Below are positions 8,381 to 18,411 of a DNA stretch of 32,000 bases, piece after piece. The DNA comes from Candidatus Kuenenia stuttgartensis (lineage in GTDB: Bacteria; Planctomycetota; Brocadiia; Brocadiales; Brocadiaceae), in assembly GCF_900232105.1 (NCBI RefSeq), contig NZ_LT934425.1, forward strand, positions 90,001-122,000, written 5' to 3'. The notes under the pieces are model-generated. The model was not told where the DNA came from, searched no databases, and worked only from the letters and a program-made list of their open reading frames with translations. Each line of letters opens with the position of its first letter. Position 1 is the stretch's first letter. The position numbers and the translations under genes were made by a program.

Positions 8381-8520
8381 TTTCTAGCCCCTTATTCATC
8401 AGGTCAATGTTTCCTAGGGTACCCTTTTTAACATCAATAAAGACAGCCACTTATAAGGCCAATTCCTGTTATCATCCCCTTTTTTTACGATAAAAAAAAT
8501 TCGTTAACCTATTATAAAAT
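8381..8520 (-). other. Vestigial CRISPR repeat plus leader remnant
   Basis: CCCTTatTCATCAGGTCAATG-TTTCC (8389-8414) matches the repeat core, including a 13-nt exact block CATCAGGTCAATG. 33 nt further right lies CTTATAAGGCCAATTCCTGT...TTCGTTAACCT, matching the array leaders (CTTGCAAGGCCATTTCCTGT at 32 nt after the repeat; TTCTCTTAACCT). Confidence 0.7.
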
Positions 8521-8645
8521 AAGGTTTTATATATAATTTTAGCCAATTTCTCACAAAAACGGCTCTACCACAGTATTTCTTGCCACGGAGAATACAGAGG
8601 GACAAGGAATAAATTCTCTTGTAGAAAACAAAATTCTTCTCCACA

Positions 8646-10031
8646 TTAAAGTAACGACTCAATTAATTTATTTACTCTGATAAACGGATTCTCAATTGCT
8701 TTTATATCCAGATTCTCTATAACAAGAACAAGTTGCTCTAAGGAAAATCCTGGAATTATTTTTTCTATTTTTTCTTTGGAAACGCCTTCAAAACCGTGTC
8801 CCAAGGGGCTTTTATTTCTTAGTGTATTGAGACGTTGAAGTTCTCTTAAAGTATTAAATATATTTGAGAAAGAGGTGTTCCCCTCGTTTTTTTGTGTAAT
8901 AAAATTCAAAATAGCCATCAAGGTTGGAACAGAAGGCTTGTTGTAGAGCAGTTTATTGTTTTCAGAAGGGTACTGCTCTAAATAAGGTATCAAACCCTCG
9001 ATATTTTGAATACCCCTTGAGTAATTTTCATAGGTATTCTTGTTTTTATCTGTGTCGGTAACTATTTCAAGATTTGTTTCAACAATGTAACGCAACACCG
9101 CTTCCTGAAAACGAAATAATCTTCCAAGGAAATCAAGATATTCCCCCTTTTTCCATTTAATCTCCGCATTAAAATAGAGTTCCAATATTAAAGATTTAAG
9201 ATCATGATCCAAAAGTTCCTGAAATTCCGATGTAAATACAATTAAAAGGTTTCTAATTTTGCCAGACACCTTTGCAATGAGTTTTCCCGATTGGCTCCTT
9301 GCCAAGTCGAAGTTGAAATTAAGTCGGTGACGAGTTATTTCCGCAACTGAAGCAATATCTTCCTGGTTCAAATCCCTTAAAAGAGAAGACGCCACGCTAT
9401 ATTCAAAATTTTCTATTTGTTTCAATACAAGAGCAATTTTGGAATTTTTAATAAGTTGTTTTCCTATTTGCAAGGGAACAACAATACCGCTACCTTCTAA
9501 GGAATAGACAGGTACACACTTTTGCTGAAAAATACTGATTGAGTGGAAGCACAACGCCATATTGCAGGCAGGTATTCCACCTGCAAGAGAAACGTAAATT
9601 TCATCAAAATGATCATCGAACATACTTTTTTTACCACTGAGAAATTTACCGAAATATTCGAACATTGAGTCATAAAGGTTAGGATTTGCATCTATTTCTT
9701 TGATAGCAACTTTCGTTATTGGTTTTTTACCACGATATAATTGTTGAATGCATTTTGCAAAGTAGAGAGTATCGTTACTTCGATAATGTTCTGCAGCATC
9801 CTCTTGATTGGTAGAAAAAAGCAATAATTCAATGTCGGAGTCTGGATTATTATCTTTGAGGTAGTTTATTATGGGGGATAAAATAGGTGTTGAGAGTTTT
9901 TCAGAGACACTTTTGAAGTTCTCGTTCATCCTTTCACCTTCTATCCTTGCAGGCTTTATTGCCTCACCCTCTAATTGAAGGTCGCGACTGCCTATATTGG
10001 CAATAAGAAGTATTTTTATTTTGTTATGCAT
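8646..10031 (-). CDS. csm6: CARF-HEPN ribonuclease, Csm6/Csx1 family
   Basis: N-terminal CARF features (KILLIANIGSRDL; EIYVSLAGGIPACNMAL) and C-terminal HEPN motif LRNKSPLGHGFEGVSKEK (R-x6-H). Located in the csm operon. Confidence 0.85.
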   Translation of the reverse strand: MHNKIKILLIANIGSRDLQLEGEAIKPARIEGERMNENFKSVSEKLSTPILSPIINYLKDNNPDSDIELLLFSTNQEDAAEHYRSNDTLYFAKCIQQLYRGKKPITKVAIKEIDANPNLYDSMFEYFGKFLSGKKSMFDDHFDEIYVSLAGGIPACNMALCFHSISIFQQKCVPVYSLEGSGIVVPLQIGKQLIKNSKIALVLKQIENFEYSVASSLLRDLNQEDIASVAEITRHRLNFNFDLARSQSGKLIAKVSGKIRNLLIVFTSEFQELLDHDLKSLILELYFNAEIKWKKGEYLDFLGRLFRFQEAVLRYIVETNLEIVTDTDKNKNTYENYSRGIQNIEGLIPYLEQYPSENNKLLYNKPSVPTLMAILNFITQKNEGNTSFSNIFNTLRELQRLNTLRNKSPLGHGFEGVSKEKIEKIIPGFSLEQLVLVIENLDIKAIENPFIRVNKLIESLL

Positions 10032-10038
10032 GATTATT

Positions 10039-10434
10039 TCAGGTTCTAAAGTTTAATATTTTGTTATCAATTTCACATTCGAAATCATAAAAATCAATCG
10101 CTAACGCATTACAATCGGGGCATTTCGCTAAAGTAATTGCAATTTCTGCAAATTCCTTTTTTAACCTTTTCAATCCTGATTTTGTTCGAATTCCATTAAC
10201 ACGTTTGTGGATTTCTATACATTCATCAGCTTCTGGTTCACATTTCTCACAACCTCTGACCCTATGAATGTTCGCTAAAAGAAAACAGCTAATTTCATAT
10301 TTAATGTCATCAATGTTTGTTACCGTATTAGCATCAATGTCTTTTTTGTTTTTTCTAGCAATAACGAATTCATATATAACAACTAAAGCAGCTACACCTC
10401 CTAGTATTGTGGGAATTATTATTATCCAGTCCAT
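10039..10434 (-). CDS. Hypothetical membrane-anchored protein with Cys motifs, in the csm operon
   Basis: N-terminal TM helix DWIIIIPTILGGVAALVVIYEFVIA; CEKCEPEADEC and CPDC motifs. Tight spacing to both neighbours (8 nt and 23 nt). Confidence 0.6.
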   Translation of the reverse strand: MDWIIIIPTILGGVAALVVIYEFVIARKNKKDIDANTVTNIDDIKYEISCFLLANIHRVRGCEKCEPEADECIEIHKRVNGIRTKSGLKRLKKEFAEIAITLAKCPDCNALAIDFYDFECEIDNKILNFRT

Positions 10435-10456
10435 AATTTATTTAAAGAATATTTCT

Positions 10457-11626
10457 TCAAATATTATTTTCTACTACACACCAGCCTAATATAGCATAGC
10501 TTGAATGGTTACTTGTTATTATCCTTCTTGACTTAGGCGCAGGTGAATCTCCCCGATCTGTGAAGAGTATATTTCTTAAGTCTTGTTTCGTCTCTGCTGG
10601 CAGAAGCATTGCTACGGACGTCCCTAAAAGTCCCATGCCCCAACCCAGTCTAAAATTTGGAGTTTCATTTCCAAAATTTAAAATATTCTTCAGTTTCAAT
10701 TTTTGCGAAAAGAACGATTCTTCCTCTCTTAATAAATCGGAGGTCATTTCATTCACTGCTTCAAAGGGATTAGATAAAATTTTCTTTAGTTCTGAGAAGG
10801 CTACACCGAAGGAATTTGATGGGTTATTTTCTTTAAATTTATTTAGCAACCATTCGTCAATTTTACATTGAAAGGTAAATTCATTACCAGCAGGTATGCA
10901 TTCAACAAAAACAGACCAGTCTTTTGGGCTTTTAGCAGAGTCAGCACTGAATATTTTTACTTCTTCAAGATGTAAATTGCCGGTATCAATAGAGTTTGAA
11001 TCGGAAATCTGTATGCACCTTAAGATATCAGAATGCGGATCATATCGTTTCTGGTTATTTTTGATAACAAATTTTTGAAAGATTTCTTCGTCGAGTCTTT
11101 GTGCAAACCATTGTTTAAACCTTTCTTTAAACCAGGAATAGCCCTGCTCTCCTCTGGGATCTTTTTTATATTCCAAAAGTTTTTTTTGTACAAAATCAGT
11201 TAATATCTTTTTACGTAAAGTATCATTAAGTCTTTTTAAGATGACATACATTATTGACGTCCTTATCACCCCTTTTATGGCAGAACCGGGAAGATAAGGC
11301 TGTGAAAATGCATTTCTAATGCAGGATCTTATATTACCTTGGATATTGATGTTGCAATGACTGGAATAACTGGATGTTTTATCCAGGAATTCCTGTGTCA
11401 GGAGTTTTTTTTCTTTAAGGAAGGCATCAACGCTAAAATCTTTGCCTTTTTGTTTGATTCCGGTTAAGAAGTTATCAAGAAGTTGTCTATCGTACAGTTC
11501 TTTTGAGAGCTTATCTTCGTTAATGAAATAACATTTATTTCTAAAAATGAGATATTCCATCGGTAAAAAATTTCCCTCTTTTCCTCCAATGTGAATGGAA
11601 GAAAGGGTTTTAAGCTTCAATTTCAT
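10457..11626 (-). CDS. csm5: Type III-A Csm5 RAMP protein
   Basis: MKLKLKTLSSIHIGGKEG...QPYLPGSAIKGVIRTSIMYVIL...FRLGWGMGLLGTSV. Confidence 0.93.
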   Translation of the reverse strand: MKLKLKTLSSIHIGGKEGNFLPMEYLIFRNKCYFINEDKLSKELYDRQLLDNFLTGIKQKGKDFSVDAFLKEKKLLTQEFLDKTSSYSSHCNINIQGNIRSCIRNAFSQPYLPGSAIKGVIRTSIMYVILKRLNDTLRKKILTDFVQKKLLEYKKDPRGEQGYSWFKERFKQWFAQRLDEEIFQKFVIKNNQKRYDPHSDILRCIQISDSNSIDTGNLHLEEVKIFSADSAKSPKDWSVFVECIPAGNEFTFQCKIDEWLLNKFKENNPSNSFGVAFSELKKILSNPFEAVNEMTSDLLREEESFFSQKLKLKNILNFGNETPNFRLGWGMGLLGTSVAMLLPAETKQDLRNILFTDRGDSPAPKSRRIITSNHSSYAILGWCVVENNI

Positions 11627-11636
11627 AATTGATATC

Positions 11637-12611
11637 CTATGCTAAAATTGGCACGGTAAAGGCAAGTCCATTTCTATAAACGGGATGAAAATCTTTTTTT
11701 TCTAATATTTCCGGTGTAACGGAAACAAGATTCCCTTGTATGGTTTGTTTGAACACTGAACCTTCAGAGAACATGCTTACTGTTTTTCGTTTGTATTGAG
11801 CTTTACTGAATGGAGTAGACATCCACCCTCTTCGCTCAATCAATCCATATGAAGCGCCTTCAATAAGACTCTCTAAAACCCCTTCAATATTCATGTGGTA
11901 AAGCGATAATGTGCAATGCGCATTGCCTTTAAAGGCAAGAAGATTTTTCCATTTTTCATTTATGTCTTCCCAACATAATTTGTATCTTCCCAATCCAATG
12001 TTTCTTTTTCCACCGAGCCCAGATTCCCCAAGGTATTCAAGGGACGACTTTATCTTCTCTTCAATGGATAAATCATTTATTTTGACGATGCAATATAAAC
12101 CGCAATCTTTATTGAATCTCACTGTTTTCATGCGGAATATTTGTGCATTTAAGGTTGAGCGATCAATGGTAGCTCGTGGAATCAAATCAAATTGGTAACA
12201 TGAGTCGTAGTCCGGCAATACTACTTTTTTGAGATAATTCTCAATTTTTTCTCTTTTTGCCCACTGTTCAAAAAGTTCAAAAGGTAAAAAAGATATATTC
12301 TTAACCTTTTTGCCAAATTCTTCGCGAATCTCAGCGTTTTCAAACCCAGGGGGAAGTGTATGTGGTTTGGGTAAAAAAAATGTTTCGTTGCTATAAAGAA
12401 AACAGGAGGTAATCAGAAAAGGAGCGGCATCTTTGAATTTGGCAAGCATGGATTCCATATCCGTTTTTCCATAGACTATTCCCCAAGCATGACATATGGC
12501 GCTAAATATGGTGTCGGAGTGAACCATTTCACTTGATTCTTCAACGCCGATTCCGGCTTCACCAAAATAAGCAGAAGTATAAAATTGAAATTTTGCAATT
12601 TTAGTAGACAT
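11637..12611 (-). CDS. csm4: Type III-A Csm4 RAMP protein
   Basis: KFQFYTSAYFGEAGIGVEESSEMVHSDTIFSAICHAWG...YLGESGLGGKRNIGLGRYKL. Confidence 0.92.
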   Translation of the reverse strand: MSTKIAKFQFYTSAYFGEAGIGVEESSEMVHSDTIFSAICHAWGIVYGKTDMESMLAKFKDAAPFLITSCFLYSNETFFLPKPHTLPPGFENAEIREEFGKKVKNISFLPFELFEQWAKREKIENYLKKVVLPDYDSCYQFDLIPRATIDRSTLNAQIFRMKTVRFNKDCGLYCIVKINDLSIEEKIKSSLEYLGESGLGGKRNIGLGRYKLCWEDINEKWKNLLAFKGNAHCTLSLYHMNIEGVLESLIEGASYGLIERRGWMSTPFSKAQYKRKTVSMFSEGSVFKQTIQGNLVSVTPEILEKKDFHPVYRNGLAFTVPILA

Positions 12612-12620
12612 ACCAACCCC

Positions 12621-13418
12621 TTACAAAATATCAAACATAGATAATATTTCGTCAACATTCTGCTTGCATTCATCAATGGTTTTATTTTCCAAGATTGAAC
12701 TATTGCTTTTTTTGTCTTCTTCGGAGGTTGCCCTGTAGAATTCCAATTTTCTTGCCATGAATTTATCTATTGTAAAACCGACTTTGCCGTAACCTCTTGA
12801 ACCATGTCCTCCCAGATAATCGTCTTGCAATAAACTTATTAACTCTAAAAGGTTGGATAAATCTTTTTTTGCCTCGCCATTACTAGCCTCCACGTTATAT
12901 ACGATTTCAAACTCGAATTTGGCGCCAGCGGGAATACGCTCTAATTGTCGAGGATTTGCGGCGGCAGTAACTCTATCAAGTGAGTTTTCAAATTTCCATT
13001 CCGTGTATTGCAAGCCGGTATCAATTTTTTTTAATTTTTCTCTACTCTCTTCCTCCAATAAACAATCTCTGACAGAAAGCCTGGAAGGAAGATTTTCATC
13101 TGCATTACTTCCGGTAGATCCGAAAAGTCTACAGACGTAGCACTGAGAGTCTGTGCATTCATGCCTCCAAACGTCTCCCCCACCTGATCTATTAAACTGC
13201 TTATTCTCCATTCGCTCAAAAAGTGATCTTAACTTTCCTTTCAATGAACTTCCGGGTATGTACGGTTCTCTTGTAAGAGGATCTCTCATTACCGGTGCGT
13301 CGATACCACCAATATCCATTTTTTCTTTTGAGCCGCCAATATGAAGTCCAGTTTCACATTTTATCTTTCCCAGAATAAATATTTTTCCTAGTAATGGTTT
13401 TTCTTGAAGCCTTGGCAT
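12621..13418 (-). CDS. csm3: Type III-A Csm3 RAMP protein
   Basis: GKIKCETGLHIGGSKEKMDIGGIDAPVMRDPLTREPYIPGSSLKGKLRSLFE...GGHGSRGYGKVGF; positional support. Confidence 0.96.
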   Translation of the reverse strand: MPRLQEKPLLGKIFILGKIKCETGLHIGGSKEKMDIGGIDAPVMRDPLTREPYIPGSSLKGKLRSLFERMENKQFNRSGGGDVWRHECTDSQCYVCRLFGSTGSNADENLPSRLSVRDCLLEEESREKLKKIDTGLQYTEWKFENSLDRVTAAANPRQLERIPAGAKFEFEIVYNVEASNGEAKKDLSNLLELISLLQDDYLGGHGSRGYGKVGFTIDKFMARKLEFYRATSEEDKKSNSSILENKTIDECKQNVDEILSMFDIL

Positions 13419-13436
13419 TATATTTTCTCCTTTTAT

Positions 13437-13871
13437 TTATGATTCCCGACCGCCATGATACCGATGATATGCAACAATCGACTCAACGAACTTGTGAAAT
13501 CTTTCAAAATCCTTTTCAACCTTAACTTTGTCCATACAGGGATCAAGAACTTCCATAAGGGGGACAACCTCTCTAGACCTGCCTGCCGCATATGCAAGTT
13601 TGGGCTTTAACAGAATTACTTTTTCCTTATAATGCAACTTAGGATTTGCTATCCCCTCGGCCCGTATGGTATTTACCATGTCGAGAAATTTACGAATTTG
13701 ATTTGTTTTGAGACGCACTTTGTTTGCGAGAAAGTCACCAACGTCTTCTGCGTATTTCACAAGATGCGATGCCGGCAAACTTCCCATATCTGGAAGAGCC
13801 TTCAATTCTTTCACTATGCCGTTTATTACAGAAGGTGGACCGCTTGGCACATTTTTTTTAAAATTTGACAT
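13437..13871 (-). CDS. csm2: Type III-A Csm2 small subunit
   Basis: Position between cas10 and csm3; helical protein containing LKTNQIRKFLDMVNTIR and C-terminal FHKFVESIVAYHRYHGG. Confidence 0.88.
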   Translation of the reverse strand: MSNFKKNVPSGPPSVINGIVKELKALPDMGSLPASHLVKYAEDVGDFLANKVRLKTNQIRKFLDMVNTIRAEGIANPKLHYKEKVILLKPKLAYAAGRSREVVPLMEVLDPCMDKVKVEKDFERFHKFVESIVAYHRYHGGRES

Positions 13872-13892
13872 TTGCCTATTTCCCTCTCATTA

Positions 13893-14360
13893 TTAATGAA
13901 GATTTTCTGCTCTACTGAGCAACTCTATCCATATTAAAGGAATTCTTAAATTAATAATATCATTCGGATTCATTAAAAAACTTTCAAATTTGTTTCTGTC
14001 AGTCTCATTTATTTTTTCGCTTAACTCCTTTCTTACTCTCGCAATTACATACGCCATTCTCGGCAGATATATGACACCTTCCCTTTCCCACAATTCAAAG
14101 AGGGAAAAGAGTTTGTAAATTAATCCATGCGCATATTCGGATTTAAAACGATTTTCATTTTGATCTATTTTGCCCATGGTTTTAAATAAATTTATGAACT
14201 TCAATACATCATCCGTAGTTTTGTCCCACGAAAAAACCTGCTTGATTGTATTCCTTGTTCCAAACCTTTTATTTTTTAACGCTGGATTATAAAATAATGC
14301 CAGGCTGTTCCGTCCTGAATCTTTTGCAAGATTTTCAGCGTCTCCTGCAAGATCTGCTAG
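13893..14360 (-). pseudogene. cas10: cas10/csm1 3' fragment (C-terminal helical domain, about 155 aa)
   Basis: ADLAGDAENLAKDSGRNSLALFYNPALKN...YAHGLIYKLFSLFELWEREGVIYLPRMAYVIARVRKE is the Cas10/Csm1 C-terminus. It abuts the IS at CTAG (14357-14360). Confidence 0.93.
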
Positions 14361-16364
14361 CGTGAGTTTATCACGAAATAAGGTGTAAGACAAAGACATC
14401 AAGTTGCAATCCAATGATTTGTATCGGGTTGCGACTTTTTTTGTCTAAAAAATTATGTATACACTGAATAATACTATATTTATATTGCATTATATGCCTG
14501 TATATACTATTATACACGGAGTATTAATCTATTACGTATACACTAACAACTAATAGCCATGGCTACCATTCAATCTAAAAACTCCAGAGGTTATAAATAT
14601 TGGTATATTGTCGAATCGCGGCGCGTTAACGGCAAGCCCAGGCCCATCGTCCTGGCCTATCTTGGCAAGGCAGACGATTTATTAAAACAACTGCAAGGTC
14701 TTACCGAAAAATTACGGCTCAAATCTTATTCACATGGCGCGGTAGCCGCATTGCTAAGTGTGGCCAATGCCCTGGACGTCCCTTCCGTGATTAATAAATA
14801 TATAAAGTCGCCACGGCAGTATTGTGCTAAAAAACCTGTTCGAAATAATCTGACCGCCGGAAGTACCCTCTTGTTGGGTGCCGTGGGGAGAGTGTGTGTG
14901 CCTACCAGCAAAAGAGGATGGTGGGATTGGGCAAAGACGACTACTGCCGAATACTTACTCAGACACAGCTTGAGTAAAATAGACAGTCAGCATTTCTGGG
15001 ATTTGATGGATGCACTTCCTGAAGAATCCATTGCAGAAATCGAGCGCGAATTAATTGAAAAGACATTTAAAACATACAACCTTCAAAGCGACACACTGTT
15101 TTTTGATACAACCAATTTTTTCACGTATATCGACACAACTAATCTGCGATGCACTATTGCCCGGCGGGGGAAAAACAAACAAAAGCGATACGATCTCAGG
15201 CAGGTCGGGTTGGCGATGGTCGTTACACGTAACGACATGATACCGTTGTTTCACCATACCTATCAGGGGAACATGGCGGATGCAAAGGTGTTCAGCGCGG
15301 TTCTTGAGACGATAAAAGACAGGATGACCGGATTAGGTTTCGACAGCAAAAAGCACACTATTGTTTTTGATCGTGGAAACAATTCCATGGACAATATGGC
15401 TATTGTAGAGAGATTGGCATTGCATTACGTTGGAGCGCTTACACCGTATCATCACAAGCAGTTGGTAGGGGATGCCATGTGTAATTTCAGGGAATATGAC
15501 GTTGACGGCAGTAAGATACAGGTGTACCATGACAAACGGGTTATTTGGGGGCAGGAAAGAACCGTTGTCGTATTTATTTCCGAGAAATTAAAGGTTGGGC
15601 AATTAAGGGGAATGTCTCAGTCTCTGGAAAAGGCAGAACATCAGTTAAAGCTCTTACAGCAGCATCTGTGTAATCCAAAGGGAAAGATGCGGGACAAAGA
15701 GGGTCTGGAGGATACGATAAGAAGTGTAGTGAAATGTCAATTTGCGAAGGATGTTATCGATTGGTCGTTAAAAGAGGTATCTGAAGGCAAGTTTCAATTG
15801 AATTTTTCAATCGACCAGAAAAAGCTCGAAGAAATAGAAGGGGAACTGGGGTTCAGGATTCTTATGACAGACCATCACGATTGGGATACCGCGGACATTA
15901 TAAAAGCCTACTATGGGCAATCAAAAATTGAACATGCCTTTAGAAATCTCAAGAACCCCTATCACCTTGCTTTAAAACCGCAATTTCACTGGACGGATCA
16001 GAAAATCAGGGTGCATTTTTTTATTTGCGTCCTCGGATACCTAATGGCGGCGATTGTGTGGTATCAGGCAAAAGCGCACGCACAATTTAGTGGAACGTTA
16101 GATACCCTGTTAGACACCCTTAATAATATAAGGCTTTCTGCTATGCTTGAAGAAACAAAGGCCAGAGGGAGAGTTAAGGCTACCTACAAATTGGAAGAAA
16201 TGTCCGACAAGGAATCTCTGTTGATGAATGCGTTAGGCATTATGGATTTCCACAAACATCGGCTGAAACTTCAAGGACTCAGTGTATACAATTGATGTTG
16301 TGCTTAACGCATTGACTGTATTTATGTTACGTTGCTTCATGCCTTATTTTGTGATAAACTCACG
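14361..16364 (+). mobile_element. Complete insertion sequence, 2,004 bp, IS1634-like
   Basis: Terminal inverted repeats CGTGAGTTTATCAC(G/A)AAATAAGG, 23/24 matches. Flanked by direct CTAG copies at 14357-14360 and 16365-16368. Encodes one transposase on the + strand, antisense to the csm operon. Confidence 0.93.
14559..16295 (+). CDS. DDE transposase, IS1634-like
   Basis: YKYWYIVESRRVNGKPRPIVLAYLGKADDLL; HTIVFDRGNNSMDNM; YYGQSKIEHAFRNLKNPYHLALKPQFHWTDQKIRVHFFICVLGYLMAAIVW (conserved C-terminal catalytic-Glu region). Full length, 578 aa. Confidence 0.93.
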   Translation: MATIQSKNSRGYKYWYIVESRRVNGKPRPIVLAYLGKADDLLKQLQGLTEKLRLKSYSHGAVAALLSVANALDVPSVINKYIKSPRQYCAKKPVRNNLTAGSTLLLGAVGRVCVPTSKRGWWDWAKTTTAEYLLRHSLSKIDSQHFWDLMDALPEESIAEIERELIEKTFKTYNLQSDTLFFDTTNFFTYIDTTNLRCTIARRGKNKQKRYDLRQVGLAMVVTRNDMIPLFHHTYQGNMADAKVFSAVLETIKDRMTGLGFDSKKHTIVFDRGNNSMDNMAIVERLALHYVGALTPYHHKQLVGDAMCNFREYDVDGSKIQVYHDKRVIWGQERTVVVFISEKLKVGQLRGMSQSLEKAEHQLKLLQQHLCNPKGKMRDKEGLEDTIRSVVKCQFAKDVIDWSLKEVSEGKFQLNFSIDQKKLEEIEGELGFRILMTDHHDWDTADIIKAYYGQSKIEHAFRNLKNPYHLALKPQFHWTDQKIRVHFFICVLGYLMAAIVWYQAKAHAQFSGTLDTLLDTLNNIRLSAMLEETKARGRVKATYKLEEMSDKESLLMNALGIMDFHKHRLKLQGLSVYN

Positions 16365-18411
16365 CTAGAAGATGTAAAGGGTAGTTTTCGTCGGCAGTGA
16401 TAATACCTCCTGAAATGCTAAGCCTACCGCAGGTATAACTCTTGAAACTATTATTAATGTCGAAGGCAACTTCAACTACATCATCCCATGAACCAACTAA
16501 AAACAAATCATCACCACCGGAATAGATTATGCTTATATTTCTACCTTTGTTTTCCGTGTGGCTTTTCTCGCTAATATCAAGGGCGCTATATATACTGCTA
16601 TCAAGCTTTCTCTCACAAATACGCCTGATATAATGTTTAAAAAATAAGGTCAATTCTCTTGAGAGTGTGGATAGTTTGGAGAAGGTTCTGTTCTGTTTGT
16701 CTAAACCTTTTAAAAATACTTTCGCCAGATGATCAATATCCATTCTTAATACACCAATCCTTGATGCGCCTCTCGATGCCAAGCTGAGCCCCTGAAAACT
16801 AGCAGTAGATCTTATGGATGCTTTCCCTTCCAATTCCTTACTTTTGGCTTTTTCCGGGAGATCATTTACGATACGTACATAATTACAATAACAGAGTTGA
16901 GAGGTGTTATGGGTTGAGAATTTATTTATGTCGGAATTATTTAGAAGATAAGTCCTGTCTGCATCATTTGTCCGATTCTCAAAAGAATAGGATATAAAAT
17001 GCCCTTTAATTTTAGGCAAACATATCGTGTCTTCAATTTTTTCATCTACATTCTTTCCTTGTATCTCCGTGCAATCAATTAGGGTATCTCCCAAAGAGTA
17101 TAATTTTTTGCAAAAGTCGCAAGATTTTATTTTTTTCTGAAAAATAATTAGATCAGTTAAAGTAACATCATCTCTGTAGCAAATAGAACATTTTTCTAAA
17201 GGGTCTTTTGTCTCTATAGGACTGAGTATCTCCGACAAATTGTTGCTGAATTTGTTTGATTTTACTTTTGATAACTCATTGCCCAAGTTAGACCATACTT
17301 CGCATATTTTATCCGTAGATAAATCATCTCCTGAGACCGGAACGGAGGTCATCGCGAGAAATAGCGTGTGTCGAAAATTGGCCAATAACCAGTTGTTAAT
17401 TTTTTGTGCAAAATGATTTATTTCTAATTCAATACCATCCTTGTTATGAGAAAGGATATAAAATTTGCCTCCGCCATTGTAAATAATGTTTGCTCTGGTT
17501 AAATTGAAGTACTCTATTATTTCAGAAACCACGTGTTCCGTAAATAGCTCAAGAAAAAAAGACCGTGCTCTTAGAGTTTTTAAGGCACCTTTTGAAGATA
17601 TTGTATAGATAAAGGTTTGAACCCCGGAGATATCACCCCCAATGAGTCTGAAATAATTTTTATTTCTGTCTAATATTTCATCCTTAAATATATTTGCATT
17701 AAACATTTCTTTTTTTAATTCAATAAAATAATTATAAAGGCAGGAAGCTATGGCGGATGTTACCTTGGCATGGTCAAAAAAAGAAACGTCTGAGTATAAA
17801 GCCACATTATTTTTTGTTTTTACTGTTTCCGAAGGTACGGAAGACCAATATTTTTCTAATAATACGATAAGTGCTGAAATCGATAAACCTTTTTGAATCC
17901 AAATTGTAAAATCATTCTCAAATTGCTTGAGAAGGTTGTCGTAATCGTACGCTTCTATTTTTATATGCTCCCTCTCTTCTGGATAGCGTATTTCTCTTGA
18001 AAGCGGTTTTAATTTATGAAAATAACATTTTTCTTCAGATATATTTTCTTTCAAATGGATTTTTGAAAATATTGACATTAAGGGCTCATGCTTTAGGTTG
18101 ATTGATTCAACTATTTCTTCGTCTTTTAGTGACGTTGCTAAATTATTTGCCTGGTAGCAAATCAAGGTTAAATTGTTATTTTCTATTTCTCTAATGTATT
18201 TTTTATTATGGAGCTTTGTGTACGTTGATATTGTCGATGGCAAACCATTCATTACATGCTTATCTAGCCATTCCATACCCATGGAACAAGAGTCTCTTCC
18301 ATTATTATCTTGATTTGCACGAATTACTATCTTTCCTATATCATGTAATAATGAGCCAAGGATTATAGATTTATATTCCCTCGTCTGTTCTTCATTCATA
18401 TGATTCTCCAT
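16365..18411 (-). pseudogene. cas10: cas10/csm1 5' fragment with HD and GGDD motifs
   Basis: LGSLLHDIGKIVIRA (HD), Cys cluster CSICYRDD...CDFCKKLY, IIYSGGDDLFLVG (GGDD palm). Reading frame terminates at a TGA 2 bp inside the IS (16360-16362). The ORF-track start is 18441; ATG at 18411 (MENHMNEEQTREY) is equally plausible. Confidence 0.93.

Noticed and set aside
14726-15530. Minus-strand ORFs within the transposase gene
   Set aside because: Shadow ORFs opposite a well-supported 578-aa transposase.
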